DNA of 62,199 nt, the filler included, from Gonapodya sp. JEL0774 (lineage: Eukaryota), in assembly GCA_027604505.1 (NCBI GenBank). It is 19 parts of 19 records of this genome, joined end to end, with 100 filler letters (N's around TTAATTAATTAA, not from the genome) between each part and the next. Parts side by side here need not be neighbours in the genome. Positions count along the whole stretch, not along the records: positions 59,033 to 62,199 come from JADIIX010001428.1; 18 more parts are not named here. The stretch is one strand, 5' to 3'. Within the stretch, counting starts at the first letter, position 1. Each line of letters opens with the position of its first letter. Position numbers and translations under genes: made by a program. The notes under the pieces were generated by a model that saw only the letters and a program-made list of their open reading frames with translations, made no database searches and was not told the origin of the DNA. Positions 61,229-62,199 of the stretch are shown one piece after another.

Positions 61229-62199
61229 TCACGGTGCCATTTTCTCTTCACTTGAAGCGGCGGTGTTGTTCTGATCCGCCAAACTTTGCACGATTACCCC
61301 TTCCTTGTAACTTGGATTCACGGCAAACATTAGACTGTCGATGGGGCGCGTGGATTGGAAATCATGAAAAGTGACCGATGCGGAAAGGAGGCCAAAGAGA
61401 GGAATCTCTGGAAGTGGTTGGGAAAGTGTCCGACAAATGAGACCAGGTTCCTCACATAAATAGCAATTGTGACGAACCTATCTTCACGGGGAATCCCGCT
61501 GGCATCCCATCAGCCTCCAGGTACGACTTCAATCTCGACATGTGGTCGTTGCTCCCGTATCCAAGAACGTCCAACAATGGAAGAATCGCATCGAGAGGGG
61601 GAAGTTCCTCTACTCCAGGAGATGAAGGTGCGGCCATCCAAACTGTTGCGTTGAATTTGTGAGTGGATTCGTGGAGCTTGAGAGGGCGGCCGAGGTGAAG
61701 GTAGCTAGGATCTGCGGGATTAAAATACTAAATCGACAAGTGGAAACACGGTTAAGAAAGGTGGGAGGGTGAGAGTTAAGCAGAAAGGCTCACTTCCTCA
61801 AATTCGATGGTGGGAGGTGGGGGAGGTGGCAGCGACGGAATCTGCAAAAATACGATGACCAATGTGATCAGTATTACGACACTACAGCCGATAAAACAAA
61901 GCCATTCCAAAACTTACGTAGCCCGCCAGCGCTTCCATTGTTTTCTGTGCCTGCGCCATCATTTTCTCCGCCTGCTCATCGGTCGCCTCTTCCAACTTCG
62001 CGGCATCGAAACTTCCAGGGATATCCTCCTCTTCTTCGTCTACGGGGCCAGTAGGCGCTGAGTCTAAATTTTGGTGATATGCGATGGCTTCTTGGCGAGC
62101 CCTCTCGGCGGCTGCTTCTTCGCGAGCTTTGAGCTTGGCTGCTTTGTCGTATTTTTCAACTTCAACAAGGTGCTCAGATCGGGTGCGGGTGAGAAGCTG
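61229..62199 (-). CDS. ANKRD13-family (GPCR-chaperone domain) C-terminus, 5' truncated
   Basis: FWMA..LDAILPLLDVL..HMSRLKSYL..MPAGFPVKI-EIPLFGLLSASVTF..FAVNPSY; stop at 61229-61231. Confidence 0.75.

Overview
This is not one continuous locus. It is 19 unrelated short contigs, sorted by decreasing length (3195 down to 3167 bp) and joined by an artificial 100-bp linker (44 N + TTAATTAATTAA + 44 N), so adjacency is meaningful only within a contig. The DNA is eukaryotic, compact and rich in short GT-AG introns. Chitin synthase, a Zn(II)2Cys6 factor and CHO1 mark it as fungal. Parvin, OGFOD3, an ANKRD13-like gene, a FERM-domain gene and F-box/ankyrin paralogs suggest an early-diverging zoosporic fungus such as a chytrid or monoblepharid (inference). 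Recognisable host genes, most truncated at contig ends: Old Yellow Enzyme, LRR-TM-SH3 receptor-like protein, SDR, UBX5-like, GCK-III STE20 kinase, ZIP transporter, divergent eRF1, parvin, CTR9, CHO1, Cu P1B-ATPase, chitin synthase, polyubiquitin, annexin, ADA3, SulP, secreted lipase, NDK and OGFOD3. Mobile DNA: an intron-rich Plavaka-type transposase with a divergent partner gene, a two-gene PIF/Harbinger element with subterminal motifs, a CpG-decayed RecQ-like pseudogene, Ty1/Copia remnants and a roughly 1-kb direct-repeat element with hairpins. No rRNA, tRNA or CRISPR array was recognised. I see no clear-cut new multi-gene system. The best leads are the parvin/FERM pair, the plant-type LRR-TM-SH3 receptor, the Plavaka two-gene module and the decayed RecQ element. 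All gene models were spliced and identified by eye; no searches were run.
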